Source: Nibricoccus sp. (GTDB lineage Bacteria; Verrucomicrobiota; Verrucomicrobiia; Opitutales; Opitutaceae). Taken from it: a DNA stretch of 64,000 nt. The stretch is from contig JASGHG010000001.1 of the NCBI GenBank assembly GCA_047602425.1, forward strand, positions 2,432,001 to 2,496,000, given 5' to 3'. Shown here one piece after another: positions 37,919-47,983 of this stretch (position 1 is its first letter; the number at the start of each line of letters is the position of its first letter). The position numbers and the translations under genes were made by a program. The notes under the pieces are model-generated. The model ran no database searches. It was given only the letters and a program-made list of their open reading frames with translations, and was not told the DNA's origin.

Positions 37919-40900
37919 TTATTTTGGACCGGAGAGGACTTTGCGAGCCTCGGCCGCCAAATCGGGACGCAAGCCGGAATCGATCGCTTTCTGCAGCGAT
38001 TGTCGGGCGCCGGCGGTGTCTTTTGATTGTTGTTGGGCGAGGCCCAAATAGTAGAGCAGTTCGGGATCGTTGGCTTTTGCCGGTACGGCCTGTTTTAGGA
38101 GAGTGACCGCACGGCTTGGCTCCCCGCCTTTTTTGAAAAGCAGGATGCCGAGGGCGCGGGCGATTTCAGGATCGTTGGGCAGAGCGGCACGGGCTTGTTG
38201 CGCGAGTTCGTAGGCCTTGGCGTCAAAAGTCGGTTGAGCGGCGGCGAGGACGGCGATGCGGGCTTTGGCTGGAATAAAATCAGGGAACCGGGCCAGCGCT
38301 TTTTCACACGCCTGGCGGGCGCCGGCGAAATCGCCCTGTTGTTCGAGAAGGGCCGCCGAGGCCATAAGCGCGGCGACATGGTTAGGGTCGGCGGCGAGGA
38401 CTTGTTGAATCTGGCCGACAGCGGAGGGCTTCGGCGCCTGCGACAGATCGATCATCTCCAGCAAGGTGCGGATTTGGGAAGCGTCCGGCGCATTGAGGGG
38501 TATGGCGATTGGTTTGGCTTCGAGTAAACTCAACGCTTTTTGCAGATTGGCTTCGGCATCCGCGACGCGTCCGACGGCGTAGTAGGCGAGACCGGCTTCA
38601 TGGAGTAACGCAGGATCGTCGGGTAGTTTTTGCGTCGCTTCGGAGAGAAGGCTGGCGGCCCAACCGTAGTCTCCGGACTGATAGGCGATTTGCCCGAGGG
38701 TGTGTGCTATGGTGGGGTCATCTGGTTCGATTTTGCGGGCGGCGCGGGCGGCTTCAAGCGCCTTGGCGGTGTCCTTGGAGAGAGCATGAAGGCGGGCGAG
38801 GCGGATGAGAGGCGTGGCATTGGCGGGGTTGGCCGCCGCGGCTTTTTGCAGCGTGGCGATGGCTTTGGGGCGGGCGCCATCACGCTCCTCGAACGCAGCG
38901 AGACGGGTGAGTGCAGTCGGATCGTTCGGCTGCGCTGTGAGGATCTTTTCCAGGAGCGCGCGATTTTCCGCTGTGGCGGAGTCGGGCGTCAGGCTCAGCA
39001 TGGCCAGCCGTTGTTGGTTTTCCTGTAGTTCGGGAAAGTCTTTGCCGAGATCGGCGGCTTGTTGGAAGGCAAGGCGGGCGGGTTCTTCCTGGCCCAACAT
39101 GCATCGGGCCATGCCGAGATGGAAAAAAATCGTCGGCGAATCAGTCAGTTTGGAGGCGCTTTCTTCAAGCAGGCTCAAGGCCCAGCGATATTGGCCTTTT
39201 TTGAACGCGATCCACGCGAGTGTGTCGGCCACGTGGGGTTCTTGAGGCATAAGTTCGCGGGCTTTCTGCGCGGCGGCGAGAGCTTTTTCGGGTTCATTGA
39301 GTTGATCGGAGTAGAGGCAGGCGAGATTGTTGTAGGCGCTGCCGATGCGTGGATCGACGGCGATGATTTTTTCGTAGGCGTCCCGAGCGGCGGGATAATT
39401 TTTGCGTTGTTCGTAAATCTGGGCGGTGAGCATCCAGGCGCCAACGTCGCGTGGATTTTTGCCAACGACCGTCTGCAGGTTCGCCAGCGCTTTTTCGTCC
39501 TCGTGGGACTGGAGATAGAGCTGGGCGAGCAGCATGCAGGCCTCGGTGTTGTCGGGCTGGAGTTCGACGGCCTTGAGGAGTTCGGCGGTGGCGCGAGCTG
39601 TATCTTTTTTCATGATACAGATTTTTCCGAGGAGGGTGTGTGCGCCGGCGGAAGAGGGATTGCGGACGAGTTCGGTTTCAACGCGGCGGAGGGCATCGTC
39701 GAGCTTGTTTTCCACCAGATCGAGCGTGGCCAGGCGTTCGAGGGCCGGGACGAGGCCGGGCGAGCGGGCGAGCGCCTGGTTGAACGCCTGTCTTGCCTCA
39801 GCCGGCTGGTTAAGCTGGAGGTGAACAAGGCCGGTGAGCAGGGCGTTTTGCGCATTTCCGGGAAAATCGACTTCGAGCTGTCGGTATATTTTCAGCGCTT
39901 CGTCGAAATTCTTTTGCATGCGATGCGTTTCAGCGAGGAGCAGGCGGGCCTGGCTGTTCTTGGGCTGTTGTTGAACGAGCGGTTTGAGCAGAACGAGCGC
40001 CGCGCTGGGATCGCCCGTGCGCAGATTCAAGTTGGCGAGCGCAAGTGTGGCCTCGGTCTGGCCGGGCATCAGGGAAAGGGTCTGACGAAGGCTGTTCGCC
40101 GCGGCGGTGGCGTTGCCGGCGGCGAGGTAGGCAAGACCAAGCTGATAATGCGCGAGCGGCGTGCGGGGATAGATTTTGAGGAGACGCTCGAGCTCCTCGA
40201 TCGCTTTGGCGGTGTTGCCTTGGGCGAGTTGCAGGCGGCCGCGGATGAAAAGCGCTTCGAGATTTTGCGGGTCCCGCAACAGGATTTTTTCAATATAGTC
40301 CGCGGAAGCCTTATATTGTTTTTCCATCAAGGCGACCTCCGCAAGCATGGTCCCGGGCGTGAGATAGTCCGGCGTGGAGCGGGTCATTTCCTCAAGGTAG
40401 CGTTTCCCACCGGCTACATCGCCGGTTTGAATCATAAATTGGGCATATTGGAGGCGGAACGGAGAGCGCGTCGGTGAATTTTCCGCGCCCGATCGAAACG
40501 ATTCAATGGCGTGGGTTTTATCATTTTGTTGTAGATAAAGGTGTCCCAAGCCGCTGTGAGCCGCTGCAAACTTGGGGTTAAGCGTGAGAGCTTGGCGTAG
40601 GAGTGGTTCGGCGGCCTTGGCGTTTCCCTGACGCAGTTCCATCAGGCCAAGAGCGGTCAGCACGGGAGCGCCGGCCGGGAGCGTTTCAAAACGGCTGCGG
40701 AGGGCGGCCACATCTTTGGGTTTGGTCGTGGCTGCTGCGAGGACGAGCGGCGCCTCGGGGTCCTGCGGCCGATGGGTCAAAACGTAATCGGCCTCTGCTT
40801 GGGCGTCCTTCGGGTTGCCGACGAGGAGGTTGAGCTGGGCAATTTTTAAGCGGAGATCGAGATTGTCGGGCTGAAGTTCGCGGGCTTTCAAGACGAACGG

Positions 40901-41152
40901 AACGGCCTGGCCGATACGGCCTTGTTCGGCATAGATAAGGCCGAGCCGGGCAAAAGCCTGTGGGTTCTGGCCGTCGATCTTGAGGATGTTTTTGTAATTG
41001 ATCTCAGCCTCGTCGTATTTGCCGCTTTGAAAATTCCGATCGGCTTGTTCGAGGTAACGGGCCTTCTTGGCCTGTGGCGAGCAACCGCCAAGCACGAGGC
41101 CGCACAGCAGGGAGAAAGCAAGGACATGGACGGAGGCAAAACGTGTTCTCAT
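37919..41152 (-). CDS. prsT: PrsT-like TPR-repeat lipoprotein
   Basis: Lipobox LVLGGC; many TPR repeats; ADTLAWI motif; ATGA overlap with the exosortase stop. Confidence 0.8.
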   Translation of the reverse strand: MRTRFASVHVLAFSLLCGLVLGGCSPQAKKARYLEQADRNFQSGKYDEAEINYKNILKIDGQNPQAFARLGLIYAEQGRIGQAVPFVLKARELQPDNLDLRLKIAQLNLLVGNPKDAQAEADYVLTHRPQDPEAPLVLAAATTKPKDVAALRSRFETLPAGAPVLTALGLMELRQGNAKAAEPLLRQALTLNPKFAAAHSGLGHLYLQQNDKTHAIESFRSGAENSPTRSPFRLQYAQFMIQTGDVAGGKRYLEEMTRSTPDYLTPGTMLAEVALMEKQYKASADYIEKILLRDPQNLEALFIRGRLQLAQGNTAKAIEELERLLKIYPRTPLAHYQLGLAYLAAGNATAAANSLRQTLSLMPGQTEATLALANLNLRTGDPSAALVLLKPLVQQQPKNSQARLLLAETHRMQKNFDEALKIYRQLEVDFPGNAQNALLTGLVHLQLNQPAEARQAFNQALARSPGLVPALERLATLDLVENKLDDALRRVETELVRNPSSAGAHTLLGKICIMKKDTARATAELLKAVELQPDNTEACMLLAQLYLQSHEDEKALANLQTVVGKNPRDVGAWMLTAQIYEQRKNYPAARDAYEKIIAVDPRIGSAYNNLACLYSDQLNEPEKALAAAQKARELMPQEPHVADTLAWIAFKKGQYRWALSLLEESASKLTDSPTIFFHLGMARCMLGQEEPARLAFQQAADLGKDFPELQENQQRLAMLSLTPDSATAENRALLEKILTAQPNDPTALTRLAAFEERDGARPKAIATLQKAAAANPANATPLIRLARLHALSKDTAKALEAARAARKIEPDDPTIAHTLGQIAYQSGDYGWAASLLSEATQKLPDDPALLHEAGLAYYAVGRVADAEANLQKALSLLEAKPIAIPLNAPDASQIRTLLEMIDLSQAPKPSAVGQIQQVLAADPNHVAALMASAALLEQQGDFAGARQACEKALARFPDFIPAKARIAVLAAAQPTFDAKAYELAQQARAALPNDPEIARALGILLFKKGGEPSRAVTLLKQAVPAKANDPELLYYLGLAQQQSKDTAGARQSLQKAIDSGLRPDLAAEARKVLSGPK

Positions 41153-42069
41153 GATTTTGTAGGGAGCGATTTGTTCTTGGACTTTCGTTCCAGCCGGATC
41201 AACAAAGCGAGCAGGAGGAAGAAAGGGACAAGGGAGATGACGAAAAATATGGGGCCGCCCTGGCGATGTATGTAGGAGTCGATCATTTCGGGGCCGATAT
41301 GCACGCAGAGTTCCCCGATGACAAAAACACGCAGGCCATTGCGCAACAGGGCCAGCGGGATGACTGCGAGAGCGAGAATGATACGCTTGCTGCGCGAACG
41401 CAAAACCAATTGCCCAGTGACAAGACTGGTGATCAGCAAGGCGAGGCTGGAGTGAATGCCGCTGCATTCGGGCGCGATTTGCAGTGTGATGCCGGGAAGC
41501 TGAAAGCTGAGTCCATTAGCATAGACCGTAGTTCCAGCCAGCATGAAAAAGAATCGCGCGGCGAGAGCGGAGCCGTGCTGAAGGAATGTCTCGGTCATCG
41601 TCTCGACCGCGGTGGGCAGCGGCACCATGAAGAGGAGGAAGGCCACTGGAAAGGCGATGGCGCGCAACATTTGACGACCCAGCAGCCAGGCGCAAAGGCC
41701 GGCGACGAAGCTGACGAGCGAGAGCGTGGTCAGCGCCAGATTATCGACGGGGGCGAGGTTTGCGCCGGAAAATTTTCCGAACCAATAGCCACCCGTCGAT
41801 GCGACTCCCATACCGAAACAGACGTACGCCGGCAGACGCCAGGGTGCGGCCACGGCGGGCAGCGATGCACGTTGCACCCAGATCAGATACGCGCTGACGA
41901 ACGGAATCAGGACGATGTGCGAGTAGAGCGAGCTTTGGACTGAAAACCGAACCAGCGAATAGAGGGGTAGGCTGAAAACCAGGACGAGTACCGTCAGTGG
42001 GACGATACATTTACGCAGGGCCTCGGCTTGATGTTGACGGCCTGGTTGCGTGGCTTGCGGGCTGGTCAT
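41149..42069 (-). CDS. Exosortase (EpsH-type, probably the verrucomicrobial XrtC-like form; no EpsI domain)
   Basis: Multi-transmembrane protein with candidate catalytic triad motifs APECSG, RNGLRV and IHRQGG. Confidence 0.9.
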   Translation of the reverse strand: MTSPQATQPGRQHQAEALRKCIVPLTVLVLVFSLPLYSLVRFSVQSSLYSHIVLIPFVSAYLIWVQRASLPAVAAPWRLPAYVCFGMGVASTGGYWFGKFSGANLAPVDNLALTTLSLVSFVAGLCAWLLGRQMLRAIAFPVAFLLFMVPLPTAVETMTETFLQHGSALAARFFFMLAGTTVYANGLSFQLPGITLQIAPECSGIHSSLALLITSLVTGQLVLRSRSKRIILALAVIPLALLRNGLRVFVIGELCVHIGPEMIDSYIHRQGGPIFFVISLVPFFLLLALLIRLERKSKNKSLPTKS

Positions 42070-42111
42070 TGCTAAGAACTATCGAGTGGTTGCGGGTACG
42101 ACAACGCTTTC

Positions 42112-43356
42112 CTAGTAGCTGTAACCAATTTCGAAGCCGAACTGTGTGCTCTTGAACTGAAAGAGGGCGACGTTCGAGAGGTTATTGGTGCGCTGATAAC
42201 TCAATGCGACCCGAAGGCGGGTGAGGAAACTGGTGCCAAGTGCAGCGCTCACCGAGTCGGCGGTGTCTTTTCGCCCTGTGATGGTTGGATTTCGGGTGGT
42301 TCGGTATTCTGTCTCCTGGCGATTGTAACCGGCGGTGAATTGCATGCGCTTGAACAAAATCTGTTGGAAGTTGAATCCGTACTGCGTCGATTCCGTGAGC
42401 TGACCATCGAGAAAAGAAGCAGCGGTGGAGCGGGAGGCCGTGGCGCCAAATTGAGTCCTGTTCACCGGCGCAATCTGAAGCGTTACTGTGTAGACGGGCG
42501 TCCGCACGTTGACGGAAGGCTCCGAATAAACGCGGCGATTTTCCAAGCCGGCTTGAGCGGACAAGCTCACTTGATGAATGGGTCTGAAAGTTATGCTGCC
42601 AAGGAATTGCAGCGCGGCCATGTCATCCGCTTTCCGGAGCGCGGTGAAACTGTATTGCGTGCCGATCGCGGTGTCGAGGTAGACCGAAGCCTGCCGATGG
42701 AGCATCTCACGAAATGTCCAAGTATGCGGGTCTTCGTAGTTACCCGAGGTATTGGTTAAGTTTTGCGTGAAGGCGGATTCAAGAGCCCAGTTGCGGCCCA
42801 TGGCGCAGTAGGCGTTGAACATGGTATTGTGGACATTCACTTTTGTCTGCTGCGCCGTCTCGACCATGATGGAGTTGGTGAAGGAAGAGGTGTGCGACGC
42901 GGTGAGCGTCCATATGTCATATTTGGTGTTCCAATATGCGCTCAGCGCCTGTTCGAGGCTGTCGTGAAAATCCGAGTTGGAATAGAGACTCCAAGTTTGG
43001 GCGTAGCGGAACGTCCAGTGGGAGCCTAGCTCTGCGGCCAGCTCTGGGATGAAGGTATGGATGTTGGTTTTACTGGCGACGCCCGGTTGGGATTGGATTC
43101 CATCGATCGCCACGAAACGGTAGAGAATCTGCGGATGGAGTACGAACGGTCCCCAGTACAAAGGCCGGCCGGCGGGCATGACGCCGCTGAGGTCGACCAA
43201 GCTTTCCTCGGCAGGGCGCACGCGCTCGGTAATGTCCGGCGTGACGGTGGTCTGGGCGAAAGTGGCTTGAATCAAACCGAAAGAAAGAACCAAAGCCAGC
43301 GGGGCAAATCCCTTCAGCCAGCATGCAGGGGTGGATTTTATGGAGGTCATTTTCAT
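42112..43356 (-). CDS. Outer membrane beta-barrel protein of EPS/PEP-CTERM loci
   Basis: Signal peptide, amphipathic beta-strand pattern and a C-terminal aromatic residue (FGFEIGYSY). Confidence 0.75.
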   Translation of the reverse strand: MKMTSIKSTPACWLKGFAPLALVLSFGLIQATFAQTTVTPDITERVRPAEESLVDLSGVMPAGRPLYWGPFVLHPQILYRFVAIDGIQSQPGVASKTNIHTFIPELAAELGSHWTFRYAQTWSLYSNSDFHDSLEQALSAYWNTKYDIWTLTASHTSSFTNSIMVETAQQTKVNVHNTMFNAYCAMGRNWALESAFTQNLTNTSGNYEDPHTWTFREMLHRQASVYLDTAIGTQYSFTALRKADDMAALQFLGSITFRPIHQVSLSAQAGLENRRVYSEPSVNVRTPVYTVTLQIAPVNRTQFGATASRSTAASFLDGQLTESTQYGFNFQQILFKRMQFTAGYNRQETEYRTTRNPTITGRKDTADSVSAALGTSFLTRLRVALSYQRTNNLSNVALFQFKSTQFGFEIGYSY

Positions 43357-43432
43357 GGCGATGCCCGGTAGCAGCGTCTTGCAGGGTACGAATAGCGACG
43401 CGGAAGGCGAATGGTTGGTTGTGTTTTTAGTT

Positions 43433-45430
43433 TTATGCCTGTCGGAGGAGGGTGCCCCGGCAGACTTTTACAGAACTGCCTGGAGGCAGCGCGGCAGTCG
43501 ACCGACGATGGGAGACGAATTGTCGGTGGAGAAGTTGCGTGGAAATAATGCCGGCCAGGGCCATGTCATCAGTTTCACCGAGGCCTCCGTTCGCGGCTTT
43601 TTTTGCGAGCAATGCGACGGCATCCGGGTCGAAGAGGCCGGTTGCACGAAGTTGATCGGGCGAAAGGACGTCGTCGACGTAGTCGCGGGCGCCTTCGTTG
43701 AAGAAGCTGCGGTGAATCGGAGCGCGGTAGGGCTTTTTGCGGCGGCTGGCGATTTCCTCCGGCAACCAGCGCGACGCCAGTTTCTTCAGCAGGTATTTTT
43801 CGGTGAGGCCGCGCAATTTGAACGTGGGCGGCAGACGGTTGCAAAACTCGACGACACGATAGTCGAGGAAAGGGAAGCGGCCCTCGATCGAATGCGCCAT
43901 CGAGACCCGGTCGCCCTGCGAGCATAACAAATATTGTGAAAGGAAAATCGAGATTTCGAGATATTGGGCCTGAGCGAGAGAATCCCACTGCTTGAAGGCA
44001 GGCGGGTAGGCGAGTTGATCGAAGATCTGCGTTTGCTGGGCCGCGACGGTCGCTTTTACGGGCGCGGAAAAAAAACGGGTGGTGCGTCGTCCATTGCGCC
44101 AGCGCAGTGCGTGCGAATAGGTGGGGGCATCTGTTTCGAGGAGTCCTTGGCGGAAAAACGCTTCAAGGAACGAGGCATTGCCGCCTGCCACGCCGGGTAT
44201 GTCCGGATAGAGGCGCTTAAGCAGCAACGGACGCCGTGCTGAACCAGGATTGCGTGCCCAAAAGCGGCGGATTTTCGCCTCCTTGAAAATGTCGTAACCC
44301 GCGACAAACTCATCGGCGCCTTCGCCGGTCAGAACCACCTTGTATCCACAATCACGCACCAGTTTTGAAAGAAGGAACATGGGCGCAGGCGAGGTGCGCA
44401 TCAGCGGCGTTTCCGCGTGCCAGACGACGTCGGGGAACGCCCGGCCGATGTCGTCATGGGTGGCTTGCACGACGTTGTGCTTGGTGCCGAGAAACTCGGC
44501 CATTTTCAGCTGGTGTGGGCTTTCGTCGAACGTGGCATCGGTAAAGGCGATCGAGAAAGTCTCCAGTCGGTTTTTCGTGAAATTCCTGATGATCGCGGCG
44601 ATCAATGACGAATCGAGGCCGCCGCTCAAATAAGCGCCCACCGGAACGTCGGCGCGAAGGCGTATGCGCGCGGCGTCGATCAACAGCGCAGAAAGCTGTT
44701 CGATCATCTCGGCTTCGTTATTGGCGGTGACTGGCGGTTCGTCGATGGACGGGAAGTGCGGCTCCCAATACCTGCGAATCAGCAACTCGCCGCCGCGGAT
44801 CTGCATGAAGTGTCCGGGTGGCAGTTGGTAGATGCCTTTGAAAATACTGCGTGGCGCGAGTGGAGACCAGAAGGTGAACACCTGGTCCAGGACAACAGGG
44901 TCGATCTCGAAGGCGACGGAGCGCTCCGCCATGAGTGCCTTGATCTCGGAGCCAAAAACGAAACGCCCACCGCTCACGGCGTAAAAAAGCGGCCGCACGC
45001 CGAGGCGATCCCGCGCGAGAAAAAGCGAGCGCTCGCGAGTGTTCCAGACGGCGAAAGCGAACTGGCCATTGAGGCGATCGAGGCATTTCGGACCATATTC
45101 CTCGAAAGCGTGCAGAAGCACTTCGGTGTCGGAATTTGTGGCGAAACGATGGCCGCGGGCTTCGAGTTCGGGACGCAGTTCGACGTAGTTGAAAATCTCG
45201 CCGTTAAAAACGATCCAGAGCGTGCCGTCTTCGTTGCTGATCGGCTGTTGGCCTCCGCTCAGGTCGATGATGCTCAAGCGGGCGTTACCGAGACCGACTT
45301 GTTCGTCGAGATAGAGCCCAAATTCATCAGGTCCGCGATGCCGGATCTGGGCGAGCATGCCGGAGACCAGCTCCTCGGTGGGAGGGCTGGCGTGGTCGGA
45401 AAGGTTAAGTATGCCGGCGATGCCACACAT
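43433..45430 (-). CDS. asnB: Asparagine synthase (glutamine-hydrolysing) family amidotransferase
   Basis: MCGIAG, HRGPD, RLSIID, NGEIFN, LSGGLDSS, LTGEGADE and EGRFPFLD. Confidence 0.92.
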   Translation of the reverse strand: MCGIAGILNLSDHASPPTEELVSGMLAQIRHRGPDEFGLYLDEQVGLGNARLSIIDLSGGQQPISNEDGTLWIVFNGEIFNYVELRPELEARGHRFATNSDTEVLLHAFEEYGPKCLDRLNGQFAFAVWNTRERSLFLARDRLGVRPLFYAVSGGRFVFGSEIKALMAERSVAFEIDPVVLDQVFTFWSPLAPRSIFKGIYQLPPGHFMQIRGGELLIRRYWEPHFPSIDEPPVTANNEAEMIEQLSALLIDAARIRLRADVPVGAYLSGGLDSSLIAAIIRNFTKNRLETFSIAFTDATFDESPHQLKMAEFLGTKHNVVQATHDDIGRAFPDVVWHAETPLMRTSPAPMFLLSKLVRDCGYKVVLTGEGADEFVAGYDIFKEAKIRRFWARNPGSARRPLLLKRLYPDIPGVAGGNASFLEAFFRQGLLETDAPTYSHALRWRNGRRTTRFFSAPVKATVAAQQTQIFDQLAYPPAFKQWDSLAQAQYLEISIFLSQYLLCSQGDRVSMAHSIEGRFPFLDYRVVEFCNRLPPTFKLRGLTEKYLLKKLASRWLPEEIASRRKKPYRAPIHRSFFNEGARDYVDDVLSPDQLRATGLFDPDAVALLAKKAANGGLGETDDMALAGIISTQLLHRQFVSHRRSTAALPPGSSVKVCRGTLLRQA

Positions 45431-45463
45431 GATGTCTGAAAAGCTGCACCCTTTTAACGCGAG

Positions 45464-46105
45464 CTACGAACGCAGTCCAACGAGTTGTTCCTTCAGCCAG
45501 CCCGCGAAATCCTTCGTGGTTTTTGCGATTCCGGCGGACGAAGCCCACCAACGTTCGGGTTTGTAATCGTTTTTGGGGTACGAGATGACACCGACCGCCG
45601 TGGTCTGCCCCAACATGCGATCGTAGGCCAGCAGGCTTTGGCGCGCATGCGGCCCCAGCGTAATCACATTCACCCCTTTGGGCGCGTATTTTAGAGATAG
45701 CATTCGGTCGCGTACGGCGCGGGCCATATGCGAAGTGCGATTGAAGGAAGGGCATTCGGTCGGGCACGCTTCAATCTGCGTTTTTGGAACACCTCGCTTG
45801 AGCAGCCAGGCCGTGACAATGGCTGAATCAGATCCCTGCGAGAACCGCGGGTCGGTCCTTTCGAAAAACAGGCCCGAGATGAAAACCATGCGATATCGTC
45901 CCGAAAGCATCTCTTTGGCCGCTTCAGCCGCGACATATTCGGGCACCCAACCTTCGACCACGAGCGTGTCGGCCGCGACCGGCCTGCTGATGGCGAGGAA
46001 GGGGTGAACGAACCAAATGAAAAGAGCCAGCGCGGCCAGTGCCAGGAGGCCGGACAGCAGGAGGCGTCGGGAAGTGGATTTGCGGAGGCCCATGGTGTGG
46101 ATCAA
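45464..46105 (-). CDS. YdcF/DUF218 (ElyC/SanA-like) protein
   Basis: N-terminal transmembrane helix, ADTLVVEGW and VITLGPHARQS. Confidence 0.7.
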   Translation of the reverse strand: MIHTMGLRKSTSRRLLLSGLLALAALALFIWFVHPFLAISRPVAADTLVVEGWVPEYVAAEAAKEMLSGRYRMVFISGLFFERTDPRFSQGSDSAIVTAWLLKRGVPKTQIEACPTECPSFNRTSHMARAVRDRMLSLKYAPKGVNVITLGPHARQSLLAYDRMLGQTTAVGVISYPKNDYKPERWWASSAGIAKTTKDFAGWLKEQLVGLRS

Positions 46106-47676
46106 CTAAGTCCGGTCTTCTTGATCTTGCCTGTGGCGGTTTTTGGAAGTTCGTCACAGAACTCCACCTTCTTGGGCACCATGAAGTCCTCCAAGTGCGC
46201 GCGGCAATGGGCCAATATTTGTTTTTCCGTCAATGCCGGGTCGCTGCTCACGACGAAGGCTTTGACCGCCTGACCGAGCACCGGATCGTGAACGCCGATC
46301 ACGGCGGCCTCGCGAATGCTCGGAATCTGGTAAAGCGTCGCCTCCACTTCCTTCGGCGCGACTTTTTCGCCGCGGCTTTTGATAATGTCGTCCTTCCGGC
46401 CGACGAAATAAAAGAATCCAGCTTCGTCCGTGCGGAAAAGATCGCCGGTCAGGCAGACCCGGTCGCCGCTCGCCGGATCGATGCGGTAACGCCTGGCGGT
46501 GAGTTCGGGCGCCTCCCAGTAGCCGCGCATGACATGACGACCGCGCACGACGAGTTCGCCCGTCGCTCCGGAGGGCAGGCGCCGGCCTTGTTCATCTTCG
46601 AGCCAGGCCTCGGTTCCCGGAATAGGCACACCGACCGAACCAGGACGACGATCCAATTCCGCCGGCGGAAGGAAAAGGGTGCGCTTCGTTTCAGTCAGGC
46701 CGTACATCGAGAAAACAGTGACGCCAGGGAATTTTTTGCGCAGCTCCTCGATGTGGCTGACCGGGAGGGCCGCCGCGGTGTTGGTCAGATAGCGCAGGCT
46801 GGAAAGATTGAAACTGCTCAGGTCCATCCCGAGGAGCATGGCGTAAACAGTCGGCACACCGGGGAATCCTGTGACGCGTTCCTGTTCGATGCGTTTCAAG
46901 ATGGCGGCGGGATATGTGAAGGAGCGTTCGAGCACCAGCGTGCCGCCGAATTTGAAAGTCATCAGCAGCTGATAAAGCCCATAGTCGAAGGAGAGCGGCA
47001 GTACGTTGATCACGACGTCGTTTTCCACGTTGCCGAGATACTCAATGATCGCGCTTGCGGCAAAAACGACATTGCTGTGATCGCTCATCACTCCTTTGGG
47101 TTCGCCGGTGGTGCCCGAAGTGTAGATCAGGCAGGCGAGGTCGAGATCGATGTTTTCACGGGCAGGCTGCCGGGCAGGAGATTCGGAAAGAGCCTGATCG
47201 AAACCGACAATCTTTAACAACCCGCTATCGGGAAAAGCCAAGGTTGCGCCACATTTGATGCAACCACGCAGCGAAGGAACGAGTTGGGCGCCATCACGGG
47301 CGAGATCGGCGACATCGGCCGCATTGTCGGTCACGAGCGCGGTCGCGCGGCAATTGTTCAGAATGTAGAAAAATTTGTCCCGCTTGGTCGTCGGGTTAAC
47401 GACCACGAACGTGGCGGACGCTTTAAGCGCACCGAAGATCGAAACCACCGTCTCGACGGAATTTTGGAGAAAAATCGCCACTCGATCACCGCGAACGACA
47501 CCGAGGGCCTTGAATGTGTGGGCCACGCGATTGGCCATCGCATCGAGTTCGCCGTACGTGAAACGTTTGCCGTCGCAAACGAGGGCGGTTTTTTGCGGGG
47601 TCCGGCTTGCGTTGTGTTCAAGAAAATCCCGGACGAGCAGAGCGTGCCGCGCGGCGGTGGTGGTGACGTTTGACAC
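46102..47676 (-). CDS. AMP-dependent acyl-CoA/acyl-ACP ligase
   Basis: YTSGTTGEPKG, MYGLTE, TGDLF, GRKDDIIK and LPKTATGKI. Start is approximate (GTG). Confidence 0.9.
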   Translation of the reverse strand: MSNVTTTAARHALLVRDFLEHNASRTPQKTALVCDGKRFTYGELDAMANRVAHTFKALGVVRGDRVAIFLQNSVETVVSIFGALKASATFVVVNPTTKRDKFFYILNNCRATALVTDNAADVADLARDGAQLVPSLRGCIKCGATLAFPDSGLLKIVGFDQALSESPARQPARENIDLDLACLIYTSGTTGEPKGVMSDHSNVVFAASAIIEYLGNVENDVVINVLPLSFDYGLYQLLMTFKFGGTLVLERSFTYPAAILKRIEQERVTGFPGVPTVYAMLLGMDLSSFNLSSLRYLTNTAAALPVSHIEELRKKFPGVTVFSMYGLTETKRTLFLPPAELDRRPGSVGVPIPGTEAWLEDEQGRRLPSGATGELVVRGRHVMRGYWEAPELTARRYRIDPASGDRVCLTGDLFRTDEAGFFYFVGRKDDIIKSRGEKVAPKEVEATLYQIPSIREAAVIGVHDPVLGQAVKAFVVSSDPALTEKQILAHCRAHLEDFMVPKKVEFCDELPKTATGKIKKTGLS

Positions 47677-47695
47677 GGGCGAAAAGGAGCCAGGG

Positions 47696-47965
47696 TTAAC
47701 CTGGCTGAGAGCACTTGCGGGACAGAAACGCCGCAATCGAATCGATCGAATCGAGATTTTCCGGGATCAATTCGTCGTCCTTGATTTTTATCCGATAGGT
47801 CTTTTCGAGGTGCGCGACGAGCTCGAGGACGCCGGTCGAATCGATGATGCCGTTGGCCAGAAAAGAGGCATCGTTCGCGACACCATCTTCGCTGCCGAAC
47901 AGGAAGGTATCGACGACAAATCGACGAATTGCGGTTTTAAGGGAGGTCAGGGATGAGTCGTTCAC
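47696..47965 (-). CDS. Acyl carrier protein
   Basis: GIIDSTGVLEL phosphopantetheine site; 89 aa, acidic. Confidence 0.9.
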   Translation of the reverse strand: MNDSSLTSLKTAIRRFVVDTFLFGSEDGVANDASFLANGIIDSTGVLELVAHLEKTYRIKIKDDELIPENLDSIDSIAAFLSRKCSQPG

Positions 47966-47983
47966 AAGTAGAGCAACGATAGA